A stretch of DNA of 64,000 nucleotides, taken from positions 320,001-384,000 of the forward strand of contig CBDDTI010000746.1 in assembly GCA_965233585.1 (NCBI GenBank). Direction: 5' to 3'. Every line of letters starts with the position of its first letter. Position 1 is the first letter of the stretch. Source of the DNA: a bacterium (GTDB lineage: Bacteria; SAR324; NAC60-12). Below, one piece after another: positions 60,778 through 64,000 of the stretch. The translations under genes and the position numbers were made by a program. A model generated the notes under the pieces. The model made no database searches. It was not told the DNA's origin and was given only the letters and a program-made list of their open reading frames with translations.

Positions 60778-60801
60778 CAGCAAGTGTTTTCATACTTGCT
60801 G
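60778..60801 (+). terminator. Hairpin downstream of the DUF1566 gene
   Basis: CAGCAAGT-GTTTTCAT-ACTTGCTG. Confidence 0.45.
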
Positions 60802-60814
60802 TCAAAAGTCATCA

Positions 60815-61158
60815 GTCATTGCTGACCTTGAGTGAGCAATCTCACTTGTCTTTTTCCCAACAACTCTTGTTTTTGAGATTCTGAATCAAGTTCAGAATGA
60901 CGAAAGGAGTTTGATCTTTTCCTCATTCCCCTGTCATGGCTCACTTTGACCCGCAATCTCATTCTTCTTTGTTGAGATTCCGTATCAAGTGCGGAATGAC
61001 AAAGAGAGGTACGGAATGACGAGAGAACGTTTGAGATTGCGGGTCAAGCCCGCAATGACGGAAAGACTGCTGGAGATTCCGCATCAAGTGCGGAATGACT
61101 GGGGGAGACACGGAATGACGAGAGGACGTTTGAGATTCTGCATCAAGTGCGGAATGAC
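60815..61158. repeat. Palindromic repeat array
   Basis: AGATTCCGCATCAAGTGCGGAATGAC, AGATTGCGGGTCAAGCCCGCAATGAC and half-elements. Confidence 0.9.
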
Positions 61159-61345
61159 GAAAGGACTGTCATTTAATTTTATAGACTTGGCAGGAACAGG
61201 CAAGAGGAAGATTAAAGGAAAATTGAACGTAGGTTGATGATGTACAAAGAGAGCCTTTAGTCAATTTGCTTGTTTTTCTTTTTTTGTGTTATCCTACAAA
61301 ATTCTGTTCGTTCGTTTTTGATTCATTTTTTAGTATAAGGAAATT

Positions 61346-62509
61346 ATGGCAAGTTCTTTGTTTACTTCTGAAAGTGTGACGGAGGGTCACCCTGATAAAA
61401 TCTGTGACAAGATTTCAGACTCTGTTCTTGATGCGATGTTTAAGCAAGACCCTCATAGTCGTGTGGCTTGTGAAACCTTTGTGACAACAGGTCTGGTCTT
61501 AGTCGGTGGAGAAGTCAGTACAAAAGCATACGTTGATGTGCAAGGGATTGCACGTCAGACTGTGCAAGAGATTGGTTATACAGACTCTTCAATGGGTTTT
61601 GACTCTAAAACTTGTGGCGTCATTGTAACTTTAGATGAGCAGTCTCCAGACATTGCACAAGGTGTGGACTCCCAAGAACAACAAGGTAAAGAGCAAGGGG
61701 CTGGAGACCAAGGTTTGATGTTTGGCTTTGCCTGTGAAGAGACCGAAACCTTGATGCCTTTGCCTATTTTGTTGTCTCATCAGTTGACACAAAATTTAAC
61801 AAACCTCCGCAAAAGTGGTGAGCTTCCCTACCTCAGACCTGATGGCAAAGCACAAGTGACAGTGCGATATGTTGATGGAAAACCTGTTGAAGTGACAGCA
61901 ATCGTTGTCAGTACGCAACATGCCGAAGATGTGTCTCAGGAGCAGATTCGTCAAGATTTGATAGAAAAACTTGCCAAAGCTACCATTCCCAGCAATTTGC
62001 TTTCTTCCAATGTTGTCTATCATATCAATCCGACTGGAAAGTTTGTGATTGGTGGACCTCATGGAGATGCAGGATTGACAGGTCGCAAAATCATTGTGGA
62101 CACTTACGGGGGCATGGGCAGGCACGGAGGCGGTGCATTTTCAGGCAAAGACCCTTCTAAAGTAGACCGTTCTGCCGCATACAATGCACGTTATATTGCC
62201 AAAAACGTTGTTGCCGCAAAATTGGCGTCTCGTTGTGAAGTCCAGCTTGCTTATGCCATTGGCGTTGCTGAACCTGTTTCTGTCTCAGTGGATACATTTG
62301 GCACAGGTCAGGTTGATGAAACCAAGATTGCACAGCTCATCAGAGACCACTTTGCTCTCAAACCCAAAGAAATCATTGAGTCCCTAGATTTGTTGCGTCC
62401 CATTTATGCACAAACTGCGGCGTACGGGCATTTTGGCAGAGAACTTCCAGAATTTAGCTGGGAGAAAACGGACAAAGCAGACATTTTAAGAAGCCAAGCA
62501 GGTCTATAA
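61346..62509 (+). CDS. metK: S-adenosylmethionine synthetase
   Basis: [28 protein letters not shown]. Confidence 0.98.
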   Translation: MASSLFTSESVTEGHPDKICDKISDSVLDAMFKQDPHSRVACETFVTTGLVLVGGEVSTKAYVDVQGIARQTVQEIGYTDSSMGFDSKTCGVIVTLDEQSPDIAQGVDSQEQQGKEQGAGDQGLMFGFACEETETLMPLPILLSHQLTQNLTNLRKSGELPYLRPDGKAQVTVRYVDGKPVEVTAIVVSTQHAEDVSQEQIRQDLIEKLAKATIPSNLLSSNVVYHINPTGKFVIGGPHGDAGLTGRKIIVDTYGGMGRHGGGAFSGKDPSKVDRSAAYNARYIAKNVVAAKLASRCEVQLAYAIGVAEPVSVSVDTFGTGQVDETKIAQLIRDHFALKPKEIIESLDLLRPIYAQTAAYGHFGRELPEFSWEKTDKADILRSQAGL

Positions 62510-63361
62510 TTGCTCAACAGTCAAACGGAGATTTACGGAGTACTAGGCTATCCTGTCAAGCATTCCTTGTCTCCTTCCTTCCATAATTCCGCATTGAGGC
62601 ATCTAGGAATCAATGCTGTCTATCTTGCTTTTGAAGTTGCTCCTTCAAATCTTTCAGATGCGATTAACGGAATCCAAAGTTTAGGGATTCAAGGTTGCAA
62701 TCTGACTGTTCCCCACAAAACAAAAGTCATTCCCCTGCTTGACCAAATCAGCCCAGAAGCCCAAATCATTGGAGCAGTCAATACTGTGAGTCTTGACAAA
62801 AACAGGCATCTGACAGGATATAACACCGATGGCATTGGCTTTCTTCGTTCTCTAAACGCTTTGAATTGCAAGGTTCTCAAGCAAAAGGTGTTGATTTTGG
62901 GTGCAGGAGGTTCAACACGTGCGATTGCTTATACTTTGGCAAAGTCTATGGTCTCACAAATCACGATTGTGAATCGCACTGTTCAAAAAGCGGAGAACCT
63001 TGCAGAAGAATTTGCACCTTTGTTCCCAGAGGTTTTTTTTGAAGGAAAAAAAATTGAGGACTTGCAAGGTCAATCTTTTGATTTAGTGGTCAATACCACA
63101 ACAGTTGGAATGGACGGACAATCGTCCATCTTGGATTTAAAACAGCTTTCTCAAGTTGGATCAGTGGTTGACATCATTTACACTCCTGCAAAAACTCCAT
63201 TGATGAAACAAGCGGAACGTTTGAAAATTCCTACCATCAACGGAATTGGCATGTTGCTCCATCAAGGGGCGAAATCCTTTGAGATTTGGACAAAGCAATC
63301 TGCACCGATTGACATCATGCAAAATGCTTTGCTTCAACAACTTTCTCAAAGAAAAATATGA
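62510..63361 (+). CDS. aroE: Shikimate dehydrogenase
   Basis: HSLSP, NLTVPHK, GAVNT, NTDG, GAGG, NRT. Confidence 0.95.
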   Translation: MLNSQTEIYGVLGYPVKHSLSPSFHNSALRHLGINAVYLAFEVAPSNLSDAINGIQSLGIQGCNLTVPHKTKVIPLLDQISPEAQIIGAVNTVSLDKNRHLTGYNTDGIGFLRSLNALNCKVLKQKVLILGAGGSTRAIAYTLAKSMVSQITIVNRTVQKAENLAEEFAPLFPEVFFEGKKIEDLQGQSFDLVVNTTTVGMDGQSSILDLKQLSQVGSVVDIIYTPAKTPLMKQAERLKIPTINGIGMLLHQGAKSFEIWTKQSAPIDIMQNALLQQLSQRKI

Positions 63362-63466
63362 TGGAAAACTTGAAGAGAATCAAGATGGAAGAATGCCTCA
63401 AAAATTGTCTATGGTTCATTAAAGCAAACGTTGAGAGCAAACTTTGAATGAACCTAGACAAAAAAA

Positions 63467-64000
63467 TTAATTTGAGAAAAGAGGTTTCACCTCAGAATGC
63501 AGATTGGCTCGTGCAGGTCTGACTTGAATGGAGTCAATTACGCCACAATCTGTCCGCATGTCTGAAATGAGAACGACTTCATCATCTGGAGTGATATGAC
63601 TGATTTTGTGCAAGATACGGAATGCACGCATCAGTGTTTCTTCATGGTCTGAACTAAATTCAATGAAGATGGGTCTGATATTCCGCATGATAGTCATCAG
63701 TTGATGAGTCTTTCTGTTGTTTGTAAAAGCGAAAGTGTCTTGTTTAGAGCGGCAATTTGAGACAAACCTTGCAGTTGTGCCAAATTGAGTCAAGATAATT
63801 AGCCCCTTGCAACCGTAATCTTCAGCAAATCTCACTGCAGTTTGAGCCAGACGTTGCTTTCTGCTTGTCACTTCAAGACCTTTCCCAAGCTCTAAACTTT
63901 CATGAACTTCTGTGGTTTTGGCAATTCTTGAAAGATACTTGACACATTGTTCAGGGTATTTGCCAACGGCAGTTTCACCTGAAAGCATAATCGCATCTAC
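63467..64000 (-). CDS. pyk: Pyruvate kinase, C-terminal part (5' end outside the window)
   Basis: DAIMLSGETAVGKYP and an alpha/beta C domain. Confidence 0.9.
   Translation of the reverse strand, partial: VDAIMLSGETAVGKYPEQCVKYLSRIAKTTEVHESLELGKGLEVTSRKQRLAQTAVRFAEDYGCKGLIILTQFGTTARFVSNCRSKQDTFAFTNNRKTHQLMTIMRNIRPIFIEFSSDHEETLMRAFRILHKISHITPDDEVVLISDMRTDCGVIDSIQVRPARANLHSEVKPLFSN

Overview
AT-rich Gram-negative bacterial chromosome segment; the gene set (LPS heptose enzymes, DsbD, SLH/TPR lipoprotein, CheX-like and FliM/FliN-like genes) is loosely suggestive of a deltaproteobacterial/SAR324-like organism, which is a guess. The housekeeping backbone contains mutY, a solute:Na+ symporter, speA, larE, rmuC, dsbD, yacG, mutL, tRNA-Leu(GAG), gatA, dut, pheA, rarD, metK, aroE and a partial pyk. 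Four accessory zones interrupt it. (1) 1.1-9.7 kb: a complete IS1 followed by three paralogous surface lipoprotein genes. They share a promoter, each has a poly-G tract that puts the signal peptide out of frame, and each ends in a hypervariable C-type-lectin-like tip. DUF1640 genes and a Panacea antitoxin with a frameshifted putative toxin are interleaved, and arrays of GTCATT...AATC palindromes (dRS3/REP-like) separate most of these genes. (2) 26-31.6 kb: a defence island with tandem DUF262 (GmrSD-like) genes, a DEDDh exonuclease and an Rpn nuclease carrying 25 perfect GMEK repeats. (3) 42-48.4 kb: a decayed type I R-M locus (hsdM with a nonsense codon, rhuM, IS1-truncated fic) next to a three-gene GHKL kinase/STAS/membrane-protein cassette. 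(4) 56-61.2 kb: an FN3/DUF1566 lipoprotein gene bracketed by the same palindrome arrays, with a poly-T promoter spacer and a structured leader. The best candidates for an undescribed system are the repeat-delimited, phase-variable lectin-lipoprotein repertoire and the kinase/STAS cassette. No reverse transcriptase, integrase or cas gene is visible. All family calls come from motif recognition by eye, not database searches.
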